From a virus (Duplodnaviria; Heunggongvirae; Uroviricota; Caudoviricetes): a stretch of DNA of 64,000 nucleotides. The translations under genes were made by a program, and so were the position numbers. Under the pieces are notes generated by a model. It saw nothing but the letters and a program-made list of their open reading frames with translations. It had not been told where the DNA came from and did no database searches. Each line of letters opens with the position of its first letter. The stretch's first letter is position 1. Where the stretch lies: positions 122,906 through 186,905 of the IMG/VR virus record IMGVR_UViG_3300001528_000136; one strand, written 5' to 3'. This document shows, piece by piece, positions 27,311 to 37,435 of this stretch.

Positions 27311-27916
27311 TTAGACTATTTTAACGGCATCAAAATTGACATTAACTATATTACCATTCTTTAATGCTTCTAATTCTTCCCACTTATGGTCTATTACAAA
27401 ATTAGCTAAAGTGGTATTGAGAATATTATTCTCATTAGCCCATTTAACTAGTTCCATAATGTGGTTATGAAAATCAGATTTCCATCTTATAGTCTTACCG
27501 TAGAATCTATAAAAGTCTTCTAAGCTATCAAACTTCTTAGAAACACTTCTAATACCTACAGGCATTCCACCTATAGTTGCAAATTGTGGATATATGTCGA
27601 ATAACTCTTTTCCTAGTTCAAAAGAACATTTATAAAAATCTTTTACAAGATTTCTATTTATAGGAATACTATATAAGTCTAATTTTTCTCCTTTATTAGG
27701 AATTTTATAAGACTTTAATATTACTCCTACTTCTTGTAATTTAATTAAATTGTTCAATAGGTTTCCCTTAACCTTTGATTGAAAATAAAGCTGGACAATT
27801 TCTACATCCTCATTCTCTTGTGCAAGGAGGATAATTTCTAACAACAGAAGTTGATTTGCATCAAGTTTGTATTTTTCACAAAATAATATCTGTTGTTTTA
27901 GTTCCAAATTCTTCAC
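27311..27916 (-). CDS. hypothetical protein (201 aa)
   Basis: Intact ORF. Confidence 0.3.
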   Translation of the reverse strand: MKNLELKQQILFCEKYKLDANQLLLLEIILLAQENEDVEIVQLYFQSKVKGNLLNNLIKLQEVGVILKSYKIPNKGEKLDLYSIPINRNLVKDFYKCSFELGKELFDIYPQFATIGGMPVGIRSVSKKFDSLEDFYRFYGKTIRWKSDFHNHIMELVKWANENNILNTTLANFVIDHKWEELEALKNGNIVNVNFDAVKIV

Positions 27917-28034
27917 GTATTATTAACATAATTAAATAGGTTAATCACTAGATTGGTATTACTAATTACAGTGTTATAATCTAGTTACGTGAATCATTCA
28001 TCTCTAATTTATTGCATATCTAAGCTTTCCTTAA

Positions 28035-28292
28035 CTATTCTGAAATAGTATCTGGAGCTTCTGGTATAATGCTATCAGGAGCTTCTGGTATAATGTCGTC
28101 TGGTTGAATATCTTCTGGCATTATATCCGTAGGAGTAAGTTCAAAGTCTGGCTCAAATACTACTTCTTTAGAATATTCAAGTTCTTTAATCTTCTTTTTA
28201 AGTTTTTCTACTTCTTTCTTCAACTTTTTGTTTTCACTAGTGAGAGTATTCTTCATTTTGTTATACTCTCGCTTTGTATAGTACATTTCCAT
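28035..28292 (-). CDS. hypothetical coiled-coil protein (85 aa)
   Basis: KKLKKEVEKLKKKIKELE heptad-like repeat. Confidence 0.3.
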   Translation of the reverse strand: MEMYYTKREYNKMKNTLTSENKKLKKEVEKLKKKIKELEYSKEVVFEPDFELTPTDIMPEDIQPDDIIPEAPDSIIPEAPDTISE

Positions 28293-28298
28293 AGTTAA

Positions 28299-29579
28299 TT
28301 AAAACCTAAATGTGAAATTAGTTATCTTTTTCTTGTAAGTTTCATAAGGCTCTCCTTTAAGAATATGCATTAGATTCTCTACATCAATAATTTCAATCTT
28401 TGAATCCTTTTTGGCGTTTTCCATCCATTTAGTCTCAACAGTATCGTTAATTACTAATGTAAAGAACTCAGCAGTTTTATTCTTTTGGAGGCGGACTACT
28501 CGACCAAGCGATTGACAAGCTTTTGTCTTACTACTATCAATACCAGTTTGTATCCCAACTGATAAATCTGGCACATCAAGTCCTTCAATTGCCATTTTAC
28601 AGCTATGTAATACACCAGATGGCAACCCAGAAAACTTTTCTATAGTTATTCTATTCTTTTTCTTACCATCTTTACCAGTATATACATATCCATCACCATA
28701 AGATTCAGCCATTTTAACATTAGCATTAAAAGTGACAATCTTTTTATCACTTCTGTACTTAATAATCTCCTTAGCTATCCTTATTTTCTCAGGGTGATTC
28801 TGTACAAACTTTTTACGAGCTTGCATAGAACGCATAAAGCTCATGGCATTAAAAGATACAGTCTTTAGAAAGTTCTTCTGCATTTCATAATCATTAGGAA
28901 ATCTCTTTTTACAGTAATCCCAACGATGTTTGAAACCATCTTTGCCAGCCATTGACATAGCGAGACCAAAATCCCACTCAAAGAACTCATAAGCCTTAGT
29001 GAACTCTCTGTTATATTCTTTATAAGTCTCTATGTCATCAACATCTATAATAACTACATAGTCCTTATATTTAGATACCCAACCATTAAGAAGCGCATCT
29101 TCCATAGTTATAGTATCACATACAGGAGCATATTTAGCTAATATTTCGTGTCTGCCATCAAGCCTCTCAAAAGTAGCAGTAAGTCCTAGAATCAACTTAT
29201 ACCTAGTATTAACTAGGATATTACTTAGAACTTCACTATTAATCTTATGAGCTTCATCTATAATTAATAAATCACATGACTGCTGTCTTTTAGCAGCTCC
29301 CATCATTACTTGAACCTCGGTATTGAATCCTAAACCTCTGTAGTCTAAGACTCTTTCCCATTGTTCTTTTAAATTCTGAGTAGGAACTACAACAAGTACT
29401 GATATAGTTGGATATTTACCTCGAAGCTTCTCAATTATATCACAAGACAGTTTAGTTTTGCCGAATCCAGTGGCTGCTACAATAGTTGCGTGTCCTTTAG
29501 CCTTAATCCATGCTTGCATAGCTTGAGCCTGCCTTTCATCACGAGAGACAGGTTCAAATAAATCATGCATTATTGACAT
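28299..29579 (-). CDS. superfamily 2 DEAH-box helicase
   Basis: Motif I AATGFGKTKL. Motif II LLIIDEAHKI. Motif III LTATFER. Motif VI QSLGRVVR. Confidence 0.7.
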   Translation of the reverse strand: MSIMHDLFEPVSRDERQAQAMQAWIKAKGHATIVAATGFGKTKLSCDIIEKLRGKYPTISVLVVVPTQNLKEQWERVLDYRGLGFNTEVQVMMGAAKRQQSCDLLIIDEAHKINSEVLSNILVNTRYKLILGLTATFERLDGRHEILAKYAPVCDTITMEDALLNGWVSKYKDYVVIIDVDDIETYKEYNREFTKAYEFFEWDFGLAMSMAGKDGFKHRWDYCKKRFPNDYEMQKNFLKTVSFNAMSFMRSMQARKKFVQNHPEKIRIAKEIIKYRSDKKIVTFNANVKMAESYGDGYVYTGKDGKKKNRITIEKFSGLPSGVLHSCKMAIEGLDVPDLSVGIQTGIDSSKTKACQSLGRVVRLQKNKTAEFFTLVINDTVETKWMENAKKDSKIEIIDVENLMHILKGEPYETYKKKITNFTFRF

Positions 29580-29592
29580 AATTCTTATTTAA

Positions 29593-30465
29593 TTACAAGT
29601 TTGTTTCTCTTGTAATATCCCAACCTTTCAATTCAGCTACCTTAATAATCTCTTTAGCTTTATCTTCCCATTGTTTTGCTTGTTTTTCACACTGCTCTTG
29701 GAAACGATAAAGTACTTTCTCAGATAAGAGTTTAAGCAAGTCAGAATCAAGATTTGAATATTTATCCTTACGTAACATATAAATAGTCTTGAACTCTTTA
29801 TAAGACAAACCAGTATCATTAATATACAACTTCTGATATGGCTTCAAATCAAGACGCATTTCTTCTGTTACAATTTGTAGTCTATCTTTCAATTTACCTG
29901 TATCTGGGTCTTTACGATACAAATCTTTCTGCATCTCTTGTGGGGTAAACCACAATCCCATCTTTAAGATAAAATTGAGAGTTATATGGCTAGTGTCTAC
30001 AATACCAAGTAGGTCAAGACAGGCATTCATCACAGTCTTAATCTTAACTCTTTCATATTCAGATGGAACACCTTCCATTATAGAACTAATAGGATAATTC
30101 TTAATAGTTTCTGCATCTATTTGTTCTTTATTTGTTGCTATGATATTTCGTAAATCCTCCAAGCATCTACTACGAGTATAGCCTTTCTCAGAGCCTAACC
30201 ATCTAACTAATAGTTCAGCTCTACAGCACTCGATCTGACTTTGTACGATGTCTAACAGAGTTAATCGCCCAGGATATTTGTCATTGGTATTATGCAACAT
30301 TTCTTGACAATGAAGATACCACTTGCGTAGTTGTTCATAAGTTGCATCAATGAGCTTAATCTCTTTTTGCTCTCCGTTTACTTTTGGACCTTTCCATACA
30401 AAGTTATTTACATCATTAGATTTGTTGTCTAAAGCAGCTTGAAGTTTTTCTCCTAAGATAGTCAT
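29593..30465 (-). CDS. hypothetical protein (290 aa)
   Basis: Intact ORF. Confidence 0.35.
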   Translation of the reverse strand: MTILGEKLQAALDNKSNDVNNFVWKGPKVNGEQKEIKLIDATYEQLRKWYLHCQEMLHNTNDKYPGRLTLLDIVQSQIECCRAELLVRWLGSEKGYTRSRCLEDLRNIIATNKEQIDAETIKNYPISSIMEGVPSEYERVKIKTVMNACLDLLGIVDTSHITLNFILKMGLWFTPQEMQKDLYRKDPDTGKLKDRLQIVTEEMRLDLKPYQKLYINDTGLSYKEFKTIYMLRKDKYSNLDSDLLKLLSEKVLYRFQEQCEKQAKQWEDKAKEIIKVAELKGWDITRETNL

Positions 30466-30530
30466 ATATAAATTCTCAATAATATTTTCATAGTAATCTA
30501 ATTTATGTGAATCTAACTATTATAATCTGT

Positions 30531-30857
30531 CTATTCTATTGTAATATCTGTAATATTAACCTTAGGTTTTTCTTCTATAAACTTTATAAAGATTATATTA
30601 GTATATTTATAAGGTATAAAATCTGTTCCGTCAAACCATTTATCTACTCCTTCTTCAACATATCTTATATTTAAATATCCAACATCACCTAGTTCCATTG
30701 CATTTTGATTCCAATTAGGAAAACGTACACACATTACATATTTAAAGTCAGGGTCTTGTGTTTCTAAATCTTCAAATACATAATTAGTATATCCCATAGA
30801 ATCCATACATTCAGCTAGTAGTTTAACATGTAGTGTTGTCTGTTGCATCCTCTTCAA
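30531..30857 (-). CDS. hypothetical protein (108 aa)
   Basis: Intact ORF. Confidence 0.3.
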   Translation of the reverse strand: MKRMQQTTLHVKLLAECMDSMGYTNYVFEDLETQDPDFKYVMCVRFPNWNQNAMELGDVGYLNIRYVEEGVDKWFDGTDFIPYKYTNIIFIKFIEEKPKVNITDITIE

Positions 30858-31041
30858 ATTCTGGCACTTTTCCAGACTCTATCTCCGGTTCTATTACAGG
30901 TGCCTCATAATGTTTACATCCATAGGTTGCTAAATCACATAGTAACCTATTCATACCATCTAAACAGGGATACTTTAAACAATCTTTACAGGTTCTGTTG
31001 GGAAATTTATAATAAACACCATTTATATCTCTAGTTTTCAC
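30823..31041 (-). CDS. hypothetical Cys-containing protein (72 aa)
   Basis: Intact ORF with CKDC...C...C..C pattern. Confidence 0.25.
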   Translation of the reverse strand: MKTRDINGVYYKFPNRTCKDCLKYPCLDGMNRLLCDLATYGCKHYEAPVIEPEIESGKVPEFEEDATDNTTC

Positions 31042-31451
31042 AAAAGCAAACTAAGTAAGAATAAAGCAATACTAGTAAATGACGTACCTAATAGTATCTT
31101 CTTGTCCTTTTTAAGCTGTTTAATTTGACTACCATTATTATTAATAGTCTCAATATATTTAAGCTCATTAGACTTTCTAATAGAATCAGTATGTTGCCAA
31201 ACACTATTTATCTTCTCTAAATTATTTATCCTCTCATTTAACAAGGGAACTTCTTTAGAAAATTTCTCATGCTCTAAAAATATAAGATTAGCAGTTTTTA
31301 ATTGCTTATCAGTAATAGTTACTAATTCGCTCTCGTTTACGGGAATCGACAAGTGAATGGTGTCTATCATTGTAGTTTTTGATATATTCTGAGAAAAAGA
31401 GCAAATCGGCAGAAGCATCATTATGTATAATGCAATCTTTCTTCTCTTCAT
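31038..31451 (-). CDS. hypothetical membrane-anchored protein (137 aa)
   Basis: N-terminal signal/TM (IALYIMMLLPICSF) and a C-terminal TM helix. Confidence 0.3.
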   Translation of the reverse strand: MKRRKIALYIMMLLPICSFSQNISKTTMIDTIHLSIPVNESELVTITDKQLKTANLIFLEHEKFSKEVPLLNERINNLEKINSVWQHTDSIRKSNELKYIETINNNGSQIKQLKKDKKILLGTSFTSIALFLLSLLL

Positions 31452-31633
31452 ATTCTTTATTTAAATAGATTATTTTAGTTATAATAGAATCATTAGTCTT
31501 ATATAATGTATCTCTAACTAATGAATCTCTAACTAATTCAGTAGTTATAGGCTTAGTAATAATTTGTGGTTTCCTAATTAAATAAGAACTACTAAATCCT
31601 ATAATTAAACCTATAACTACTAAACCTATGTTT

Positions 31634-32173
31634 TTAATCCACTAACGAAGAGTCATTTTTAGTTGCATTTATAAATGGTGAAACTTTATCTACAATCTTC
31701 TTGACATCAATACCTTTACTAATCATTTCAATAACAGTGTCAGTATCTTCATCACCATTATCTATATAATCACGAGATGCTTTAATCTTAGCATATTTAG
31801 CTGCATTTTCTTTATAATTAGGAATTACAGTTTCTGGATGTTTAGCAAACTCTTTAATGGCATTATCAAGAAGAGCTACTGTAACGTTCTCATTAATTAC
31901 TGAACCTATAGTAGTAAATAAGATTGGATAAGAATTATTAGCCTTCTCTAAAGCATGTTTCTTACCTACCTCCAAATCAAAGTCATCAGTAGGATTATAT
32001 ACTGCAATACCTACTTTAAATGCTCGTAGAAGAGGTACTTCTGAACCGTTAAGTCCTTTCCATTGTGCAGTCAATCCTTTCTCTACTGGCTCACTAATTG
32101 AACAAGCAATAATCAATCGCTCATTACCCTTAAAATCCTCAAATGTACCTAATTTAAAATCAATGTAATCCAT
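31634..32173 (-). CDS. hypothetical protein (about 180 aa)
   Basis: The ORF track start (32236) overlaps the upstream gene by 59 nt. The internal MDYIDFK start at about 32173 is more likely. Confidence 0.3.
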   Translation of the reverse strand: MDYIDFKLGTFEDFKGNERLIIACSISEPVEKGLTAQWKGLNGSEVPLLRAFKVGIAVYNPTDDFDLEVGKKHALEKANNSYPILFTTIGSVINENVTVALLDNAIKEFAKHPETVIPNYKENAAKYAKIKASRDYIDNGDEDTDTVIEMISKGIDVKKIVDKVSPFINATKNDSSLVD

Positions 32174-32177
32174 ACTA

Positions 32178-32453
32178 TTAACTTGTAATAATTGTGAATC
32201 CCTCTTTTTGCAACCATTCTTCTGGTGCAAATTCAAGTGTGAAGTATCTAACTAAATAGTTATCTGATTTCTTCTTCCTATTGGTTAAGTCTTTCTTTTT
32301 AAGCTTTATTGGTTTAGAACTAGCATAATACTTTTCTTCATATAATGCTATTCCACCTTTAAATACTTGATAAATGGCGTCTTCATAGATAAACTTATCA
32401 TTTACTTGCACTATTTGACCTTCCTTCTCGTAAAGAACTGGTAAAGTTTTCAT
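32178..32453 (-). CDS. hypothetical protein (91 aa)
   Basis: Intact ORF. Confidence 0.3.
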   Translation of the reverse strand: MKTLPVLYEKEGQIVQVNDKFIYEDAIYQVFKGGIALYEEKYYASSKPIKLKKKDLTNRKKKSDNYLVRYFTLEFAPEEWLQKEGFTIITS

Positions 32454-32883
32454 AAAGCAACCTAATTACATATTTGATAAATTTATTTCTAAAAACTTCA
32501 TAAGTTCTATTCCATCTGAATCTCTTATAGTATTTAAATAGATCATTAGATGATACATTTCTAAAGATAGTATATTCATCAAGGTTAAAGTCTCCCTTAT
32601 TAATTATATAATCTTCATAGTCTACGTTTAAATGAATGGCTATGTGATAACATTCTTCATCTATTTCAGAGAAATCATCAAAATCATAGTCTTCAAATAC
32701 TATTACATCAAATGGTATAGAATCTTTTTCTAAGAGCTGAGCAATACAATATGCTACATAACAACATCCTCCACTGTTAGTTAAATATAACTTATCTAAA
32801 CATTCACATATTGCATCTAAACCTCTATAAATAGTTTTGTAATTGTTAGACAGACAATTCTTTACTAATGTGCTCATATTCAT
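32398..32883 (-). CDS. hypothetical protein (161 aa)
   Basis: Intact ORF. Confidence 0.3.
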   Translation of the reverse strand: MNMSTLVKNCLSNNYKTIYRGLDAICECLDKLYLTNSGGCCYVAYCIAQLLEKDSIPFDVIVFEDYDFDDFSEIDEECYHIAIHLNVDYEDYIINKGDFNLDEYTIFRNVSSNDLFKYYKRFRWNRTYEVFRNKFIKYVIRLLYENFTSSLREGRSNSASK

Positions 32884-33106
32884 CTAGATATTCTCTCAAA
32901 GAAAGAACTTCATCTTGGTGTTCATTACTTATAGCAAATCTAATTATTCGACCTATTGCTGATTCTAAAGGCATTCCATATCCTTCAAGTTGAAATTCAT
33001 CTCTAGGATTGGTTTTGCTTTTTATACTCCTTAATAAGTATAAATCATATAAAGGAGCATTATCATTAATAGGTACTATTTTATAAAATGAACCTTCGAT
33101 TGTCAA
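32846..33106 (-). CDS. hypothetical protein (86 aa), TTG start
   Basis: Intact ORF. The start codon reads TTG at 33106-33104. Confidence 0.25.
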   Translation of the reverse strand: MTIEGSFYKIVPINDNAPLYDLYLLRSIKSKTNPRDEFQLEGYGMPLESAIGRIIRFAISNEHQDEVLSLREYLDEYEHISKELSV

Positions 33107-33361
33107 TTAAATAGTCTTATTTAAAGATTTGAAGAACTTACTAATTGGGTTAGTCCCTTTTAATCTATAACCATTACTACAAGCAACTATTAATGCACCA
33201 CCTAATATTATTACTACTGTTAAATTAATACCTGGCACACATAAAATAAGTATAGTTATAATAATGCTCCATAATGGAATAGGTTGCTTTGGTTCAAGGT
33301 CAATAAGACATAAGAACTCAATAACTGCAACCAATATACTAAATATAAATATACCTAACAT
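33107..33361 (-). CDS. small integral membrane protein (84 aa)
   Basis: 2-3 predicted hydrophobic helices. Lies upstream of the SPFH gene. Confidence 0.35.
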   Translation of the reverse strand: MLGIFIFSILVAVIEFLCLIDLEPKQPIPLWSIIITILILCVPGINLTVVIILGGALIVACSNGYRLKGTNPISKFFKSLNKTI

Positions 33362-33368
33362 AGATTAA

Positions 33369-34148
33369 TTAGTTATCAAGACCTACAAGAGTTGAAGAAT
33401 TGCCAGTAACCTTAGGCATGGCTCCATTCCATTTCTCTATCCATTGTTTCTTAACTAATAATGGAGTAAGAGAAGCATTTACAATAGAATTAGCTTTAGC
33501 TTCTGCTTCTGCTACTACTATCTTCTTTTTGGCTTCTGCTTCAGCTACTTGTACTTCATTAGCAGCCTTCTGTGCTAACTGAATAGCTCTATTCTTAGCA
33601 TCTACTGCATCTACAATAGTTTTAGGATATTGCAATCCACTAGTAAATTGGTCAAGAATAAATCCTTCTTTAGTTAAAAGAGCAGAGAGTCTCTTTTCAA
33701 TTGCTTGTTCAACCGCTTCTCTATTACTAACTATTTGGTCAGTTGTGAACTTATTAATTTCAATACGACAAGCATCTTTAACATACTTAAAGACTGGACC
33801 GTTAATTACATCTTTCAATTCTTTACGATATTTACGAAAGACTTTAGGAGCAGCACCATCTTTAATCTTGATATTGACATTTGGGTCTACTTTAAACTCT
33901 GAACCATCTTTTGCATTAATAGTAAATGGTTCATAGTCAATAGTTTGAACATAAGTAGGGTATTCATAAACCTCTTGTGTAAATGGATTGTAAACTACAC
34001 GTCCTGTTACCATAGATACATCATCCACACCTCTATCTGAGCCATAGAGATTAACTAAAATACCTTCACAGCCAGCATCAACTCTCTCACAGCTTGTGAA
34101 ACTTAATGTCATTAATAAAGCACTTGCGAAAATAAAGAATTTTTTCAT
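33369..34148 (-). CDS. SPFH/band-7 (prohibitin/HflK-like) domain lipoprotein
   Basis: Signal peptide + lipobox MKKFFIFASALLMTLSFTSC. C-terminal repeats QLAQKAANEVQVAEAEAKKKIVVAEAEAKA are typical of SPFH-domain proteins. Confidence 0.55.
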   Translation of the reverse strand: MKKFFIFASALLMTLSFTSCERVDAGCEGILVNLYGSDRGVDDVSMVTGRVVYNPFTQEVYEYPTYVQTIDYEPFTINAKDGSEFKVDPNVNIKIKDGAAPKVFRKYRKELKDVINGPVFKYVKDACRIEINKFTTDQIVSNREAVEQAIEKRLSALLTKEGFILDQFTSGLQYPKTIVDAVDAKNRAIQLAQKAANEVQVAEAEAKKKIVVAEAEAKANSIVNASLTPLLVKKQWIEKWNGAMPKVTGNSSTLVGLDN

Positions 34149-34396
34149 CCTAATTTATTTATATAATTAATAAGTTTAACTGTAATATTATATCCTATTA
34201 CAAATATAATAGTTATAGAAGTAATTAATAGACAGATACCTATCACTACTCCTATGTCACTTGGAGAATTGATAAACCCTAAAGAAGTATCAATTACCCA
34301 AATATCAATAACTAATAATAAGAAATATGCTAATGTCTTACTATAGTTACATGAGATACTTTTAATGTCCATATCTAAACCACTTTCTTTTACCAA
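34145..34396 (-). CDS. small integral membrane protein (83 aa)
   Basis: Two hydrophobic helices. Overlaps the SPFH gene by 4 nt. Confidence 0.35.
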   Translation of the reverse strand: MVKESGLDMDIKSISCNYSKTLAYFLLLVIDIWVIDTSLGFINSPSDIGVVIGICLLITSITIIFVIGYNITVKLINYINKLG

Positions 34397-34625
34397 ACCA
34401 ACTATACCAGATTATCTTATAACGTCTATCTATATTAGGTTCCATTAACATAATGGAACAACTAACTAGAACATAAATAAAGAAAAATGTGCTCATCTTG
34501 ATTTAACTGAGCCTGGTTTAGTTGTTGCCTTCTGTACACTAGCTGGTAATTTTGACCACCAATTTTGTTTTGCTTTCAAAGATTCCAACTTATGCTTGTA
34601 TTTCATTGTATATATTTAATTAGAA

Positions 34626-35057
34626 TTATAAATCTGTGAAGTGTGACGCTTCAACAGCAAGTTTATCTGCTAGATTATTAAATTCATCTGTATCATGTCC
34701 TTTTGTCCATTCAAATCTAATATCAGAACAAAAGGCTTGTGCTTTTTCATAGACCTTATCAAATAATTGCCAGAATTTCTGATTTTTCTTTCTTTTCCAA
34801 CCTTTAGTTATACAACCTAAAGCATATTGTGAATCAGAAATAATAATGACAGTTTGCATAGGAGAACTAATACCATGAAGAGCATAAATAATTGCCATAA
34901 TCTCCATTTGGTTATTAGTTACATTACTAAAATGTTTGTTAAATGTGTGAATAACTTTATTGTCATTTACAAACACTACTCCTACACCACCATCACCAGT
35001 TGATACTCGACAAGCTCCATCAGTAAAGCATGTTAGTTTAGTTAGCACATTCCCCAA
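34626..35057 (-). CDS. rnhA: ribonuclease H (RNase HI-like)
   Basis: CFTDGAC (DGxC, catalytic D). TNNQMEIMAIIYAL (E). IISDSQY (D). EWTKGHDTDEFNNLADKLA (H..N.LAD). Confidence 0.8.
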   Translation of the reverse strand: MGNVLTKLTCFTDGACRVSTGDGGVGVVFVNDNKVIHTFNKHFSNVTNNQMEIMAIIYALHGISSPMQTVIIISDSQYALGCITKGWKRKKNQKFWQLFDKVYEKAQAFCSDIRFEWTKGHDTDEFNNLADKLAVEASHFTDL

Positions 35058-35455
35058 GATTCCATTATAAAGTCTAATTCCAAGGTACCATATCCATAAA
35101 TAGCCTTAAATGGTCCTGTAGCCATGGAATAATAATTGCCTCCAGACTTAGCATATTTAATTACATCATTAAGTAATCTATCAGCTATAAATCTAAGTTC
35201 TCCTTCATTAGGAACCTTAAATTCATTGGTTCTGACATATATTTTCCAAGGTTGATAACCTACAATGATGTCAAAATCTCCTATATCAGGAGTATCTACA
35301 ACGTCCCATCTATATACAGGTTTACAAGGAGTAGCCATTATATTGGCAACAAGAGCAAAATTAAAATTTTCTAATATATCTTTCTTTTGTTCTTCTAAAG
35401 GTTTACAATCACACTGTTTTTCTAAACTAACTTGTGGCTTTTTAAACATATACAA
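35042..35455 (-). CDS. hypothetical protein (137 aa)
   Basis: Intact ORF. Confidence 0.3.
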   Translation of the reverse strand: MYMFKKPQVSLEKQCDCKPLEEQKKDILENFNFALVANIMATPCKPVYRWDVVDTPDIGDFDIIVGYQPWKIYVRTNEFKVPNEGELRFIADRLLNDVIKYAKSGGNYYSMATGPFKAIYGYGTLELDFIMESWGMC

Positions 35456-35507
35456 AAATAGCTACCCATCTAGAGTAGCCAATTAATTAGTTAAAGCAAT
35501 ATGTTGA

Positions 35508-35687
35508 CTACTTAACAAGTGAATCAACATTTACTAAATCTAAATTATTTACAGAATCTTTAGATAAGGTATCAACTACGGTAGTATCGACTCTCGCACT
35601 ATCTGAAGAGTCTACAGACCTAGAACAACCATTACCACCGCATGAAGCAAGGAAGGCAATGATTGCAAAAATAAAAAGTTTCTTCAT
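35508..35687 (-). CDS. small lipoprotein (59 aa). It terminates at TAG, and read-through would add 6 aa to the TAA at 35487.
   Basis: MKKLFIFAIIAFLASCGGNGC... has a signal peptide + LASC lipobox. Below the ORF-track size cutoff. The stop is TAG at 35510-35508. Confidence 0.4.
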   Translation of the reverse strand: MKKLFIFAIIAFLASCGGNGCSRSVDSSDSARVDTTVVDTLSKDSVNNLDLVNVDSLVK

Positions 35688-35718
35688 ATTAATTATTATT
35701 TAGTTAATAAATAAAAAT

Positions 35719-35758
35719 GAGAGCAACCTAATTAATATAATTAACTAGAATTGCTCTC
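35719..35758 (-). terminator. candidate rho-independent terminator (minus-strand transcript)
   Basis: 8-bp GC-containing stem GAGAGCAA/TTGCTCTC followed on the minus strand by AUUUUUAUUU. Confidence 0.4.
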
Positions 35759-36143
35759 ACCTATTATTGGTAAATAGGAACCTCCCTGTTTCTCATCTTG
35801 AAAAGTATAGGAATTAAAAGTCACCATATTCTTAAATATAGAAGCACCTACTGTTTAAAGTTACATAGGACAAACTATCAGATAATGTTCTAGAGTAGGT
35901 TAGTAAACGTAGTCAAAGATATAGTCTAAGACCTATCTATACTGACGAAGACGAAGATTTAGACTAAGACTAATTTCCCTTGATTTGGGATAGTTTTAGA
36001 ATTTCGTATAGATAGCCGTTTAAAATAAATAATTTCCTAATATTATTATATAGATACATATATGTATCTATCCTGATATATTCATTTTAGAAATTACTAA
36101 CCTATCTAGAACTCTACTTAATTATTCTGTCTAATTAAATAGA

Positions 36144-37040
36144 TTACTCAGAAATAAGAGCTTTGATTTCCTTATAAGTATCCATTAAAGATGAAGGAAC
36201 ATTAATTTTTAATTTACTGATACGTTCTTTTTCTGAGATTTTATATTCATTAATTTTAGCGTCTCTTTGTCTAATTGCACCATAGTATTCGCCAACCTTT
36301 TGTTCCCATTCGGCGTGTTCTTCTCTGTATTTTCTACTGGCTTCTAAAGTCTTAGCATTAATAGCTTCTTTAATTTCAGCTTTGAGACTATTTAATTCTG
36401 CATTGAGCTTACGATGTCTAGTTAATAAGTTCATATACATATCTTCTACAGATTCAGAAGGAACAGTAGGAACATATCTATATACAATAGTTTCTCTACC
36501 TTGACCTGCTACTGCTGATGGATTAGCTAGTTTATTAATTAAATCCTTTCTAGCTTTAGCTATTTTACCATTATCGTGAATATATTTACCAATAGCCGCT
36601 GCTTCTGAATTTAAAGTATAATATTTGTTTAACTTCTTAGCATCCCATTCTGACATTATTTGTTTTTCATCAAAATCATAATTCTCAATAGGTTCAAGAG
36701 GTTTCTTATACTCTTCATAAAAGTCGAGAGAAGTAACATCCATTACATCTATTTCATTCATAGCTTCTTCTTTGGCTTTAATAGCTTCTTTAAGCCAAGC
36801 ATTCAAAGCATTATATTTGCCTATTTTATCTAGAGATTTAACTATCCAACTTGTATCATCTGAACCCGATTGAGTTGCAATAAAAGCAGTTGGACTAGTT
36901 ATACTAGCTATTTCTGTACTATAAAAAGTAACAGATTGAAGTTTCTCATGTTCATTAGATATTACTTCATTAGCTACATTACAAATGTTTTGGGCTTCTG
37001 TTGAAGTCATAAACCCATTCTCAAAAAATACATTATTCAT
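36144..37040 (-). CDS. hypothetical coiled-coil protein (298 aa)
   Basis: Intact ORF. Confidence 0.35.
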   Translation of the reverse strand: MNNVFFENGFMTSTEAQNICNVANEVISNEHEKLQSVTFYSTEIASITSPTAFIATQSGSDDTSWIVKSLDKIGKYNALNAWLKEAIKAKEEAMNEIDVMDVTSLDFYEEYKKPLEPIENYDFDEKQIMSEWDAKKLNKYYTLNSEAAAIGKYIHDNGKIAKARKDLINKLANPSAVAGQGRETIVYRYVPTVPSESVEDMYMNLLTRHRKLNAELNSLKAEIKEAINAKTLEASRKYREEHAEWEQKVGEYYGAIRQRDAKINEYKISEKERISKLKINVPSSLMDTYKEIKALISE

Positions 37041-37108
37041 GTTCTTATTATATTTAATAATATTCTATTTAAATAGTTAAATTTTCCTAATTATATAATT
37101 CTAACTAA

Positions 37109-37435
37109 TTATCCAAAATTACCTCCTAAAGGCTCATCTGGTTTATCATCAGGCTCTAAAGAATCTATGATAGTGTCTTTCAACTCAAAATTTTGAGAAA
37201 GGTCTCTACCCTGATTTTCTGCTACAAATTTATATATATAAGCTAATGGAATAAACCTAGTTGTAGTTAGAATACATTCTTTATGTTCAGGGTCTGGTTC
37301 ATATTCTTCTATAAATTTCTGAATATTACTATCTTTATGTATCCTATATATTATAGTTCCATGCTTCTCATCTTTGGGAAATACTCCCGTAATATATAGA
37401 TTATAATTACCACATCTAACTTGCTGTATTATCAC
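37109..37435 (-). CDS. hypothetical protein (108 aa)
   Basis: Intact ORF. Confidence 0.3.
   Translation of the reverse strand: MIIQQVRCGNYNLYITGVFPKDEKHGTIIYRIHKDSNIQKFIEEYEPDPEHKECILTTTRFIPLAYIYKFVAENQGRDLSQNFELKDTIIDSLEPDDKPDEPLGGNFG

Noticed and set aside
29637-29819. Small minus-strand ORFs nested in other frames (29637..29819, 41424..41612, 50717..50932)
   Set aside because: They overlap larger same-strand genes out of frame and have no independent support.
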